Assembly: GCF_018350175.1 (NCBI RefSeq)
Contig: NC_058369.1
Coordinates: 19,966,001 to 20,030,000, forward strand
Length of the DNA stretch: 64,000 nt
Source: Felis catus
Taxonomy: Eukaryota
Reading direction: 5' to 3'
Under the pieces are notes generated by a model. The model was not told where the DNA came from, did no database searches, and worked only from the letters and a program-made list of their open reading frames with translations. Shown here in pieces: positions 13,336-26,386 of this stretch (position 1 is its first letter; each line of letters begins with the position of its first letter). The position numbers and the translations under genes were made by a program.

Positions 13336-13497
13336 TTTTTATTTTATTTTATTTTTTATTTTTTTAAATTTACATCCAAATTAGTTAGCATATAGTGCAA
13401 CAATGATTTCAAGAGTAGATTCCTTAGTGCCCCTTACCCATTTAGCCCATCCCCCCTCCCACAACCCCTTCAGTAACCCTCAGTTTGTTCTCCATAT
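13336..13497 (-). mobile_element. Short L1 3' fragment (subfamily ending ...ttggatgtaaatttaaaa)
   Basis: reverse complement matches the 3' end of the L1 at 22370-22520. Confidence 0.85.
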
Positions 13498-14520
13498 ATC
13501 TCAATTTTTATTTTCACTTCTGGAATATTAAATAATTGGACTGCATTATCCTGTGAGGTCTCTTCCAGCTCAAATTCCTTGATTCTAGATCTCAGTAATC
13601 AGAGTACACTTTTGTTTCATCTTTTAGTATCTTTATTTTTTCAGGTGATTTCTGTGTCTTTTACATTTTATAGCCATGCAATTTATCTGAGTATGCATGT
13701 ACTCCAAATGGGAACTGTCTACATCTCTACTTCAAAATATTCTTAACTAATTTGTCATTCAAAAATAGTCCTGCATTTATGCAGGAGGTATGGTTATTTG
13801 TCATATATAGCATTCTAAGACTTTGGCATGGGAAGCTAGAGTAGATAGTATTCAAATTTTATTTCTTCCTAGATATAATAATTGATACAATTCTCAAGTG
13901 ATTTTGTCTCATTATCTTAAAATCAAGTCCATTGAACTTTAAAGTGTCCAGGTTGTTTCCTGGTCATACATATACTTTATGTATGTTTTAGTACAAGTCT
14001 TTAGCTCCTCACCCTCTCAAGATGTCATTGAAATGAAAAATAAAAAGAATGGGAGGGGGCCTAGCAATAAATGGAATATATGAACTCATTTCTAGAAGCT
14101 GGAATGTAGATAGAGTATTAATGATGAAGGAAGCCCAGTATACATGGAAGAAACTTTAGCTAATGAAAGAGATGTTCTGTCCAGCAGTTTGCAGAATCAT
14201 GGAGGAGCATACCTTGGTGCTTAAAAAGGCAGGGGAATTGCTTAAAAGTATATAAAAGGAATAACCCACTGCCATGAGTAGAAAGACTGGCAGCCAGTCA
14301 TTTCAGATAAACAAAGACAAAGACAGACTGCCTGGGGGGAACTGGGCAACAAGAGTGTACTCTGGGACCTTTATTACAAAGCCCTCCATATTGTGTTATG
14401 TAAGGGTTTCAAATTGTAATGACCAGATCCCTTCCACTTACCAGAAAGAAACTTTGCTAGTCACCCACCATGTGCAAAAACTCCCCACACTTCTAGTGCT
14501 TTTTAAATTGGGATGGACAG

Positions 14521-14747
14521 GGGCACCTTGAGGTGGCTTGGTCGGTTAAGCATCCGACTTCAGCTCAGGTCATAATCTCACAGTCTGTGGGTTCGAGCCC
14601 CGTGTCAGGCTGTGCTGACAGCTTGGAGCCTGGAGCCTGCTTCAGATTCTGTGTCTCTTTCTCTCTCTGCCCCTCCCCCACTCATGCTCTGTCTATCTCA
14701 AAAAAATGAATAAACGTTAAAAAAAATTTTTTAATTAAAAAAATAAA
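14521..14747 (+). mobile_element. CanSINE
   Basis: TSD TAAATTGGGATRGACAG (14504-14520, 14748-14764). Confidence 0.93.
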
Positions 14748-14784
14748 TAAATTGGGATAGACAGTTGAGTATCACCAGGTATTT

Positions 14785-15038
14785 AAAAAAAAAAGTTAGG
14801 GAGGGAGCCAAACCATAAGAGACTCTTAAAAACTGAGAATAAACTGAGGGTTGATGGGGGTGGGAGGGAGGGGAAAGTGCATGATGGGCATTGAGGAGGG
14901 CACCTGTTGGGATGAGCACTGGGTGTTGTATGGAAACCAATTTGACAATAAATTTCATATTAAAAAAAAAGAAAGAAAAGATTAGATTGATAGTGATATG
15001 GTTAAAATAAAAAATAAAGGAAACCAAAAAAAAAAAAA
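14785..15038 (+). mobile_element. Short young L1 3' fragment with probable 3' transduction
   Basis: L1 3'UTR 14795-14970, then non-L1 sequence with AATAAA and a second A13 tail. Confidence 0.85.
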
Positions 15039-16861
15039 TCCTTCCATAGAGAAGAGAGAGACCAGGATAAACAAAATACTTTGCACCATTGGAAGGAAAT
15101 AACCCGGCCCTCAAGACAACTAGAGATTAGTAAAGAACTTAAAAAAAAAAAAGTCTCTCAGCACCCTCAGAGAGAGTCAAGATCCATTATGTAAAATAAA
15201 GTACTCTGAAAAAGAAATAGAGAATGTGATTTCCCAAATCAAACATTCAAAAAGAGAACAGTAAGATAATTTTATGTTATTTCTGGGAAAATAAAACAAA
15301 AAGATGGGAAATGTTTGAAAAAAGAAGAGCAATACAAAGGTTCAGTCCAGGGGGCCTAATATCAGATACTATAATTTCCAGAAAAAGAACACAGGCAATA
15401 AAGAGGAGATCCTAAAGAAATGATAGAAGAGAATTTCCCAGAGCCAGAGAGCCAGGAGTCTTGGATTGGAAGATCCCACCAAATACCTAATATAATGAAT
15501 GGGGGGAAAGCCCAAAATCCACAGCAAGGCATTGTAAGATATTTCAGTATTCCAGGGATGAAGAGAAGATCCTAAAAGGTTTTCAGGCAGGAAAACAAGT
15601 CTTCTTACAAAATAATAAGAATCACACCAACCTCAAAAGCTTTATCAGTAATACCAGATTCTAGGATATAATGAAGTAGTATCTTCACAATTCTGTAGGA
15701 AATGGTTTGCCAGCCAGAATTGTATTAACAGCAAAACTATCTAATTAAGTGTAAGGGCCAGCTAAAGCCATTTTAAAGTATTCATGGAAGTGGAAGTTAC
15801 CTTTCATGGCTCCTTTCTTAAGAAGGGACTTGACAAGTGAATGTGTTCTTACAAAAGTGGAACAGCACATTAGGAAGGAGGAAACACAAAATCTAATAAA
15901 GTCGATCCAACCCAGAGTGGTGCTGTTCTTCCTTAGAAAAGAAAAAAAAAAGTACAACCCTAAATTGGCTATTTGTGAACTTTTGAAGTGACAGAGTTAT
16001 GAACTTTTGAAGTGACAGAGTTATGTCCTTGTTTGTTTCATTAAATTACACCCTCTCTTGACTGTCAGTAGGGTTACCTGGCACACACCACAGACTCCTT
16101 GTATGATATAATATGGATTCAGGTGTACCATAGATCAGACAGTATTCTCTAAATCTAACTTCAGCAATAAAAATCTTAGCAAAATACTGTATGTTACACA
16201 TGGCATAGCTACTGATCCTACTTCCTCAGCCACAAACAGTACTGTTATAAAATGGTATTAAATTTATTTAATAAATCAAAGGCAGTAATAATTTCAAAAA
16301 TAATATTACTATGTGCCAAGCAAATTGTAAACTTGAACCAATGACACCAAGTTGTATATAAATCATTATGTTGCAGTTTAGCTGTAATTATACATACCAG
16401 TAAATAAGGAAGAGAAATATTCAAGAAGTATCAATATCTCTTTATAATAAAACATGGAGAACAGACCAATCAGATTTGGCAATCAAATATGAAAACTTAA
16501 AGATACATGATAGCTTGGAAATGAGTTTATATCATATTTGAAAAAGGCAAAGACCATTAAGAATACCTGTCAGTAAATTGCAGAGCTGTTACACCTTCAT
16601 TAATAACTTTTACTCAGCAAAGTGTGTATGTGTATTGGGGGTTGTATTTATATGTCCATTTTAATAAACATACAAATCAGGAACATAGTTCTATCCTCCT
16701 CCCTACTTCTTTCCTTACACCCTCCCTCCTCCCCTATTCCTCCTCTCACAGCTTCTCTCTGTCCTCTTCCGTCTTTTCTCTATCCCACTGCACTTCTTTC
16801 TTTTCCTTCTTCCTCTTCTTTCCATTTATCCCTTTACTCCCAGTAGAAAATGTAAAACCTT

Positions 16862-17092
16862 GGGGCGCCTGGGTGGCGCAGTCGGTTAAGCGTCCGACTT
16901 CAGCCAGGTCACGATCTCGCGGTCCGTGAGTTTGAGCCCCGCGTCGGGCTCTGGGCTGATGGCTCAGAGCCTGGAGCCTGTTTCCGATTCTGTGTCTCCC
17001 TCTCTCTCTGCCCCTCGCCCGTTCATGCTCTGTCTCTCTCTGTCCCAAAAATAAATAAACGTTGAAAAAAAAAATTAAAAAAAAAAAAAAAA
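16862..17092 (+). mobile_element. Young Felidae CanSINE
   Basis: CpG-rich near-consensus body, long A tail, perfect TSD AGAAAATGTAAAACCTTG. Confidence 0.96.
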
Positions 17093-17362
17093 AGAAAATG
17101 TAAAACCTTGAGTGAGACCTTTTACATATATCATTACTAAAGGAAAAAGACATATTGCCCCCAAATCAATAGGACTATTTTCTCTGGTTCTCACTTGAAC
17201 TAACCCTTTAAATTTTTTTCCTTCTTACTTTGAAAAAAGTAATATAAGTAAATATTAATCATATGTAATTTTAAACTTTTATGCCTTTTCCATAAGTCTT
17301 TACAGAGACATTATAGCTCTGCCTTTTCAAAATCTATTTCAGAAGCTATTAAGAACAGCTAA

Positions 17363-17567
17363 TGCCTGGGTGGATCAGCTGATTAGGCATCTAACTCTTA
17401 CTCTCAGCCCAGGTCATGATCTCACGTATTGTGAGTTCAAGCCCTGTGTTGGGCTCTTCTCTGACAGAGCGAAGCCTGCTTGAGATTCTCTGTCTCCCTC
17501 TCTCTGTCCCTCTCCCACACATGCTTTCTCTCTCTCTTTCTCAAAAATAAATAAACATTAAAAAAAA
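17363..17567 (+). mobile_element. Older CanSINE
   Basis: tgcctgggtgg head, CT tract, A tail. Confidence 0.9.
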
Positions 17568-17631
17568 CAGCTATTAATTATGGAGCACATCTGCTTATAT
17601 AAGGTGGCAGGTACATGGTCTAACTTATGCA

Positions 17632-17835
17632 TTTTTAACTTTATTTATATTTTGAGAGAGACACAGGGTGTGAGGAGGGGAGAGGCAGAGAGAGAGGGAG
17701 AAGGAGAATCCCAAGCAGGCTCCATGCTGTCAGCGCACAGCCCAATGCAGGGCTCAATCTCACGAACCATGAGATCATGACCTGAGCTGATATCAAGAGT
17801 TGGATGCTTAACCATCTGAGCTACCCAGGTGCCCC
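17632..17835 (-). mobile_element. Older CanSINE
   Basis: reverse-complement SINE ending cccaggtgcccc. Confidence 0.9.
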
Positions 17836-18039
17836 TTACATATGTATTGTTATAATGAAATGCTATTATGCATTTCCAAGACAAGAGCTCTGTTTTGCCT
17901 GATGAGGGAACTGAGGCTCCAAAGTACTTTTTCCAGTGTTGCATAGTGAGTGGTAGAGCTGGGTTATGTACCCAGAACTGATCCCAAAGCTCATATACTT
18001 TAGGCAGGACCTTACCATCTCTCCAGTTTTTCTAAGATA

Positions 18040-18264
18040 TTATTTTATTTTATTTTAGATGTTTATATTTGTTTTTGAGAGAGAGAGAGCACACGCACAT
18101 GAGTACAAGTGGGGGAGGGGCAGAGGAAGAGGGGGGACAGAGGATCCAGAGCAGGCTCTGTGCTGACAGCAGAGAGCCTCATGTGGGGCTCAACCCCATA
18201 AACTGTGAGACCATGACCTGAGCCGAAGTTGGACACTCAACTGACTGAGCCACCCAGGCGCCCC
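18040..18264 (-). mobile_element. CanSINE
   Basis: reverse-complement SINE; TSD accatctctc. Confidence 0.9.
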
Positions 18265-18987
18265 CACCATCTCTCTGATTTTTAAGTGTGAGTCTTAAAA
18301 CCAAGCAAATTATTGCCAGTATTTCTAGTTTGTGGGTTATTTGATCTTTGTCTTATTCTCCTAGTGTGAATACTGTATGTCCCATAATATATATCTGATT
18401 TAACACTGAATTAGAACTTCCAAGGATAGAAACAAAACTGGTAATATACTTTTTTAAAGAGTTTAAATTAAATACAGAGCTCTCCATATCTGTATAACCA
18501 ATTTTTATTTTGTTTCCTGAGATTAAGAATATATTAATAAGAATATATTATTTATTTATTATTTATTTCTAAAAATTATTATATTAAAATTCAGCATCCT
18601 TTATTGATAAACCCCCCCAAGAAAGCAGGGATAGAAGGAACATACTTCAACATCATAAAGGCCATGTATGAAAGGCCCACAGCTAATATCATCCTCACTG
18701 GGGAAAAACTAAAGGCTTTCTCCCTAAGGTCAGGAACATGACAGGGATCTCCACTCTCACGACTGTTGTTCAGCATAGTACTGGAAGTCCTAGCGTCAAC
18801 AGTCAGACAACAAAAATAAAGAAAAAGAGTATAAATTTACAAAGAAGTCAAACTTTCACCCTTTGCAGATGACATAATACTCTACATGGAAAACCCAAAA
18901 GATTCCACTGAAAAAGTGCTATAACTGTTGCATTAAGTCAGCATAGTCACAGCATATAAAATCAACAATCAAATTGGTTGCATTTCT

Positions 18988-19225
18988 TTTTTTATTTTTT
19001 ATTTTTTTTTTAATTTTTTTTTCAACGTTTATTTATTTTTGGGACAGAGAGAGACAGAGCATGAACGGGGGAGGGGCAGAGAGAGAGGGAGACACAGAAT
19101 CGGAAACAGGCTCCAGGCTCTGAGCCATCAGCCCAGAGCCTGACGCGGGGCTCGAACCCATGGACCGCGAGATCATGACCTGGCTGAAGTCGGACGCTTA
19201 ACCGACTGCGCCACCCAGGCGCCCC
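18988..19225 (-). mobile_element. Young Felidae CanSINE inside L1
   Basis: perfect TSD AAATTGGTTGCATTTCT (18971-18987, 19226-19242). Confidence 0.96.
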
Positions 19226-21029
19226 AAATTGGTTGCATTTCTATATACCAATAATGAAGCAGCAGAAAGAGAAATCAAGGAATAGTTCCCATTTACAATT
19301 GCATCAAAAACCATAAGATACCTAGGAATAAACCTAACCAAAGAGGTAAAAGATCTGTACACTGAAAACTATAGAAAGTTTATGAAAGAAATTAAAGATG
19401 ACACAAAGAAATAGAAAAACATTCCACGCTCATGGATTGGAAGAACACATATTGTTAAAATGTTGATACTACCCAAAGCAATCTACACAGTCAGTGCAAT
19501 CCCTATCAAAATAACACCAGCATTCTTCATAGAGCTAGAACAATCCTAAAATTTGTTTGGAAGCACAAAAGACCCCAAATAGCCAAAATAATGTTGAAAA
19601 AGAAAAGGAAAGCTGGAGGCATTGTAACTCTGAACTTTAAGCTATATTACAAAGCTGTAGTCAAGGCAGTATGATAGTGGCATAAACACAGACACATAGG
19701 TCAATGTACTAGAATAGAGAACCCAGAAATGGAGCCACAAATATATGGCCAACTAATCTTCGACAAAGCAAGAAAGAACATCCAATGGGAAAAAGACAGT
19801 CTCTTTAGCAAATGGTGCTGGGAGAACTGGACAGCAACAAGAAGAAGAATGAAACTGGGCCACTTTCTTATGCTGTACACAAAAATAAATTCAGAATGGA
19901 TTAAAGACCAGAATGGATTAATGTGAGATAGGAGCCATTCAAATCCTACAGAACACAGGCAGCAACTTCTTTGACCTAGGCCACAGCACCTTCTTACTTA
20001 ACATGTCTCCAGAGGCAACAGAAAGAGAAGCAAGAATGAATTATTGGGACCTCATCAAGATAAGAAGCTTCTGCACAGCATAGGAAACAATCAACAAAAC
20101 TAAAAGGCAACCGATGGAATGGGAGAAGGTTTGCAAATGACATGTCGGATAAGGGTTAGTATCCAAAATATATAAAGAACTTAGCAAACTCAACACCCAA
20201 AACCAAATAATCCGGTGAAGAAATGGGAAGAATACACGAATAGACACTTTTCCAAAGAAGACATCCAGATGGCTAACAGACACATGAAAAGATGTTTCAA
20301 CATCACTCATCTCAGGGAAATTCTAATGAAGACCACAGTGAGATACCATGTCACACCTGTCAGAATGGCTACAATTAACAACTTAGGAAACACCAGGTGT
20401 TGGCGAGGATGTGGAGAAAGGGCAACCCTTTTGCACTGTTGGTGGGTATGCAAATTTTTGTGGTCACTCTGGGAAACAGTATGGAGGTTCCTCAAAAAAT
20501 TAAAAGTAGAACCACCCTACGATCCAGCTGTACCCTACTAGGTATTTATCCAAAGGATAGAAAAATGCTGATTCAATGGGGTTCATGAACCCCAATGTTA
20601 TAGCAGCGCTATCAACAATAGGCAAATTATGGAAAGAGCCCAAATGTCCATCAGCTGATAAATGGATAAGGAAGGTGTGGTGTGGTGTGTGCATGCGTGC
20701 ATGAGTGATATGGAATATTACATGGCAATCAAGAAGAATGAAATCTTGCCATTTGTAACAACATGGATGGAACTAGAGTGTCTTATTCCAAGTGAAATAA
20801 GTCAGAGAAAGACAAATACCATATGATTTCACTTATGTGTGGAATTTAAGAAACACAGCACATGGACTTAAGGGAAGTGAAGGAAAAACAAGATAAATAG
20901 AGGGAGACAAACCATAACGGACTGTTAAAGACAGAGCGAATTGAGGGTTGCTGGAGGGGAGGTGAATGAGGGGATGGACTAAATGGGTGATAGGCATTAA
21001 GGATGGCATTTGTTGGGATGAGCACTGGG

Positions 21030-21034
<5 letters not shown>

Positions 21035-21088
<54 letters not shown>
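21035..21088. repeat. (TA)27 microsatellite
   Basis: perfect TA run inside an L1 3'UTR. Confidence 0.95.
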
Positions 21089-21092
<4 letters not shown>

Positions 21093-21299
21093 ATGAATCA
21101 CTGGGTTCCACTTCTGAAACCAATACTACACTGTATGGTAACTAACTTCAATTTAAATAAATAAATTTTTAAAAAGAATTATTTGGCAAAAATTGGAACA
21201 ATATAACTTATATTTATTGGCCTATTTACATATGGGTACACTCATTCCATAAGTAAAAATTGGTATCATGTAACAATCAGCACTTATAATGTTATGTTC

Positions 21300-22528
21300 T
21301 TCTGGACCACTTTCTTACTCCATACACAAAAATAAACTCAAAATGGATGAAAGACCTAAATGTAAGACAGGAAGCCATCAAACTCCCCGAGGAGAAAGCA
21401 GGCAAAAACCTCTTTGATCTTGGCCGCAGCACCTTCTTACTCAATGTGTCTCTGGAGGCAAGGGAAACAAAAGCAAAAATGAAGTACTGGGACCTCATCA
21501 AAATAAAAAACTTCTGCACAGTGAAGGAAACAATCAGCAAAACTAAAAGGCAACTGACAGAATGGGGGAAGATATTTATAAATGGCATATCAGATAAAGG
21601 GTTAGTATCTAAAATCTATAAAGAACTTATCAAACTCAACACCCAAAAAACAAATAATCCATTGAAGAAATGGGCAAAAGACACAAACTGACACTTCTCC
21701 AAAGAACACATCCAGATGGCCAACCGACACATGAAAAAATGCTCAATATCACTCATCATCAGGGAAATACAAATCAAAACCACAATGAGATACCACATTA
21801 CACCTGTCAGAAAGGCGAACATTAACAACTCAGGCAACAACAGATGTTGGCGAGGATGTGGAGAAAGAGGATCTCTTTTCCGTTGTTGGTGGGAATGCAA
21901 GCTGGTGCAGCCACTCTGGAAAGCAGCTACTCTGGAAAACACTCAAAAAACTAAAAATAGAACTACCCTATGACCCAGCAATTGCACTATTAGGCATTTA
22001 TCCATGGGATACAGGTGTGCTGTTTCGAAGGGACACATGTACCCCCATGTTTATAGCAGTACTATCAACAATAGCCAAAGTATGGAAAGAGCCTAAATGC
22101 CCATCGATGGATGAATGGATAAAGAAGATGTGGTATATATATATACAATGAAGTATTACTCGGCAATCAAAAAGAGTGAAATGTTGCTGTTTGCAACTAC
22201 GTGGATGGAACTGGAGGGTATTATGCTAAGTGAAATTAGTCAGAGAAAGACAAAAATCATGACTTCACTCATACGAGGACTTTAAGAGACAAAACAAATG
22301 AACATAAGGGAAGGGAAACAAAAATAATATAAAAACAGGGAGGGGGACAAAACAGAAGAGATTCATAAATATGGAGAACAAACTGAGGGTTGCTGGAGAC
22401 GGTGTGGGAGGGGGGATTGGCTAAATAGGTAAGGGACACTAAGGAATCTACTCCTGAAATCATTGTTGCACTATATGCTAACTAATTTAGGTGTAAATTT
22501 TAAAAAATAAAAAATTAAATTAAAAAAA
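21300..22528 (+). mobile_element. 5'-truncated L1 (~1.2 kb)
   Basis: ORF2 C-terminal fragments, 3'UTR, A tail; TSD GTTATGTTC (21291-21299, 22529-22537). Confidence 0.93.
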
Positions 22529-23532
22529 GTTATGTTCCTATATTTTTAGAAACTGAAATATAGGAAGGGCATAAAACAAAGTTGTGCTCAAATGAGCTGG
22601 CCATTATCTCTGCATAAGTCTGTTCAAAGAGTAAGTCAGTTAATTATATCCTCTCCAAAGGAATTTTAAAATTATTTCTAGTAATGTAATTTTAATGTGT
22701 TAATATTTTCAGCACCTTCCATAAAGATGTTACTAGAAGTTTCTTCTCTTTAATCTCACATTATATAGCATAGCTAAATTAAATTTGTGTTAATCCAGGA
22801 TTGACACATTTTAACTGATCTTTACCTTAGAAAAACACCTAAGGAATGCTTTATTCATAGAATAATTTATGAGATTTTTGTATTTCTTCTTCAGGTAGAA
22901 AGTACAGATTTGAATATAGTCTAAACACTTTATAAGCTGTTGAATTAGGATAATGTTTCCATTGATCATAAATATCAAATGAAACAATCGGTATCTTTTT
23001 ATTCCAAAGTCTCAACATTAAGACAAATCACCAATAAATACATAATTTCCAGTTCTTCTCTTGTCTTTATCTTCTTCTGTCATATTCTCTCTACCCCCCC
23101 CCCCTTTTGTACCTTCTCTCTCAGATTTTTCATATATCTTAACCCACCCATATCCCGTTCTTCCCGCTTAGTTCTTCCCTCACCAAGAAATTCCTTTTAG
23201 AGGAAGCAGCACAAGCAGAAGCTTGGGTTGTAGTATGCAGAAAATCCTGCCACCCCATCCCCCACCCCAACAAGTTTCCTCTGAGTAGATTTTAGCTAGG
23301 ACTCGGAAGGTCTTATGACTCAGTACTTTTCCTTTAAGGACATGGTGATATTGTCCAGCTTTAGGACATCTGAAATTAGCAGAAGTTTCCAGTGACTTCT
23401 TAGAGTTACTCTGATACAGGGTGTTGTGCCTGTCAATTAGTAACTTGCCATATCCAAGAAATCTGAGATAACAATGTTTAAAGTATGCATGTGTCAAAAT
23501 CCTTTGGTGAAGTTATGTTCAAATGGCTAAAC

Positions 23533-23620
23533 TTCTCTCTCCCTCCCTCTCTCACTCTCCATCTGTCTCCCTCTCTCCCTCCCTCTCTCCCCTCAGTCCT
23601 CTCTGTGTCTGTCTCTCTGC
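23533..23620. repeat. CT-rich simple repeat
   Basis: ctctctccctccctct... seen directly. Confidence 0.75.
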
Positions 23621-23879
23621 ATCTGTTTTGCTCATCATCATCCCCTGAACTTAGCACAATACCTGCCCTTGGCAGGCACCATGTGAATGTATCTAATACA
23701 ACAGGTTTGTTTTTATGCCTGGTGACCACTCATTCACCAATCTGTATTTGTTTCCTCTGGATTGATACACTGACACAAAAATCATCCCTCAAACTATTGT
23801 GACTAAATTGATTACAGTCACTTATTAGTACTTAACCGTCATGGTTATTAGTAGAAAGATAGCAGGTAGAAGTGGGAAT

Positions 23880-24090
23880 ACCATAGGCTCAGAGTAAGAC
23901 AGACATAGTTTGAGACAAGCCCAACTCTGCTGCCTTAATAGTCCACCTAGTTAACCTCTCTGTACTTTAGTTTTCTCAATTTTAAAATGGATCTAATACT
24001 GTCTACTTCCCATAGTGCTTAAAGATGATATATATAAAATGCCTATCCCAAGTAAATGTTCAGTAAAGGGTAGCTGTTATTAGTTATGTC
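23880..24090 (+). mobile_element. MIR relic
   Basis: ttaacctctctgtactttagttttctcaattttaaaatgg core; gtaaatgttcagtaaagggtagctgttatta end. Confidence 0.65.
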
Positions 24091-24375
24091 ATATTATATT
24101 ATTGTATAAATATAAATATACTAGGCTTTCATTAGTGTAGTTATTAGCCATATGCTCTCTTTACAATAAGCGTTAGAAAAAGCCAGTACATACAGGAAAT
24201 CCTAGTATCGCTAGTCTTTCTCAACCAATTTTGGGAGAGAACTAAGTTCTGGCGCCTTAACACATCCATTGTATATGATTAATTAACTTCAAATTATTTT
24301 CTATGTTCTGTGGTTTAGATGAGGAACCCCAGAAGAAAAAGATACAATAGAAAATAGAATATAAAACATTCTTAC

Positions 24376-24419
24376 ATATATATATATATATATATTAGAA
24401 TGCACATATATATGTGCAT

Positions 24420-24450
<31 letters not shown>
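24376..24450. repeat. Compound (TA)n/(CA)n microsatellite
   Basis: seen directly. Confidence 0.9.
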
Positions 24451-24451
<1 letters not shown>

Positions 24452-25298
24452 GATTCAAATAATTTGATATAGAGTTTCAGGGCCTTTAAAGAGCTGCACC
24501 TGAAAGAATGTAGGACTAGGAATATCTCTTATTCACTGCTGTGTCCATAAGTTCAGCATGAGCCTAGCACAGAGTAGGTGGTAATAAAGTATTGAACTAT
24601 TGGAATGAATGAGTGATCAGTGCCAGGTGGCAAGACAAGACTAAATGTTTTTGTGAAGAATGTGCATCTATAGGATTAGACTATTTTTGAAAACTCAGCT
24701 CTATACTACATCTGTATATAGATATACATAGATGTATTAATTCTCCTGCTTGTGTCCCTCTGTTCAAGAGTCTCTTTTTCAGATATTGTACCTCTTTGAT
24801 CACCATCCTTGTAATTTAAGCCATATTTTTGTTAATGATGCCACACGTAATTATGATAATTATAACAGCAGTAATAGTTTGCAGTGCCAGACAGTGTGCT
24901 AAATGCTTCCATGGATTGATCTTTACAACAGCCTGTGATAGTAGATAAGATAGTGTGGCCTGGTGGAAGAGCCAAAATGCAAACCAGGCAATCTGACACC
25001 AGAGCCCATGCTCCTCAGTACTCTGTTGCACTGCCTCCCCACCCTGCGAAGACAGGGAAGAGACTAAATTGACCACTCCCTGCACTTACTGTTCACTATT
25101 CTTAGAGTAAACCACTGAGAGAAATAGAAATAGTCAGAAACCTCTTTTCCAGAATAAAATTTGTAGTGAACGAGTGTGGCTTCTCACCATGCAGTATCTC
25201 TGCCTTTTTTTCAGTGAGGCCAGTCCTCCAATTTAGCTTTGGAAAACTACTCTTCCTCCTTTGAAGACTATCTCAGTAGAAGGAACTTAGTCTTTGGG

Positions 25299-25518
25299 TT
25301 TTTTTTTTTTTTTTCCAACGTTAATTTATTTTTGGGACAGAGAGAGACAGAGCATGAATGGGGGAGGGGCAGAGAGAGAGGGAGACACAGAATCAGAAAC
25401 AGGTTCCAGGCTCCGAGCCATCAGCCCAGAGCCTGATGCGGGGCTCGAACTCACGGACTGCGAGATCGTGACCTGGCTGAAGTCGGACGCTTAGCCGACT
25501 GCGCCACCCAGGCGCCCC
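25299..25518 (-). mobile_element. Young Felidae CanSINE
   Basis: T-run then near-consensus reverse complement; TSD tctttgg..tttt. Confidence 0.95.
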
Positions 25519-26164
25519 AATCTTTGGTTTTTATAAGATCACCCATTAATAATTTTTCTATTGCCTATGATAATGAAATCAAGAAACTAAAAGGCACTGT
25601 GCTCTAGTGAGGGGAGAATCAGTGTGATGAATATGAACATTTGCTTGACTCACAACTGCTGTATTCTCCATACCCAGCACCATTGGTGGGAAATGATAGG
25701 TCCTCAGAGAGTACTATGGGGTGAGTGGATGGGTGTCTGCATGGATAGTTGAATGGACAAGCAAGCTAAGTGTATCAGAGTGCTAAGACAGAGTGTACAT
25801 AAATGCCAGTCTCCAGACATGCCCATTGCTCTGTGTGGTACACAACCACAGAGCACATACACTCAATCCTAGTCCTATTGACTTAGGTCCATTGGAATTT
25901 TTTTCTTATGCTGTTGTTTTGAAAACATCTGTTTTGAGTGGAATATGTGCACAGTCTTTTTGTTATTTAATTGTAATATTTAGACTATCATATATTTTGT
26001 GAGCACTAATGGTTAAAGAATATGTATGGAATTTTGATTCATTTTTGTATTTAAAATGTTTCAAAAGAAGGACTACAGAAATTTGGAAAATGTTTTTAAT
26101 GATGAGTTGGATGATTCCACTTCCCTAATGCAAATACTAATGCCATTTAAAAATCTTTCCTCTG

Positions 26165-26386
26165 GGGGCGCCTGGGTGGCGCAGTCGGTTAAGCGTCCGA
26201 CTTCAGCCAGGTCACAATCTCGCGGTCCGTGAGTTCGAGCCCCGCGTCGGGCTCTGGGCTGATGGCTCAGAGCCTGGAGCCTGTTTCGGATTCTGTGTCT
26301 CCCTCTCTCTCTGCCCCTTGCCCGTTCATGCTCTGTCTCTCTCTGTCCCAAAAATAAATAAACGTTGAAAAAAAATTTTTTAAAAA
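26165..26386 (+). mobile_element. Young Felidae CanSINE
   Basis: perfect TSD TAAAAATCTTTCCTCTG (26148-26164, 26387-26403). Confidence 0.96.

Larger units (their letters stand above)
14300..15940 (+). mobile_element. Ancient ORF1-containing LINE relic (HAL1/L1M-like), interrupted by a SINE and an L1 fragment
   Basis: degenerate ORF1 motifs (atagaagagaatttcccagag, gagaagatcctaaaa, ccagaattgtattaacagcaaaactatc), no ORF2 following; resembles 31330-31790/37667-38290. Confidence 0.5.
18586..21172 (+). mobile_element. 5'-truncated carnivore L1 (RT to 3'UTR)
   Basis: ORF2 fragments (YGQLIFDK..., KKW...RHFSKED), 3'UTR and aaataaataaa tail. Confidence 0.93.

Noticed and set aside
16862..16940. tRNA genes at SINE heads
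   Set aside because: These are tRNA-derived CanSINE heads followed by the SINE body, CT tract and A tail.
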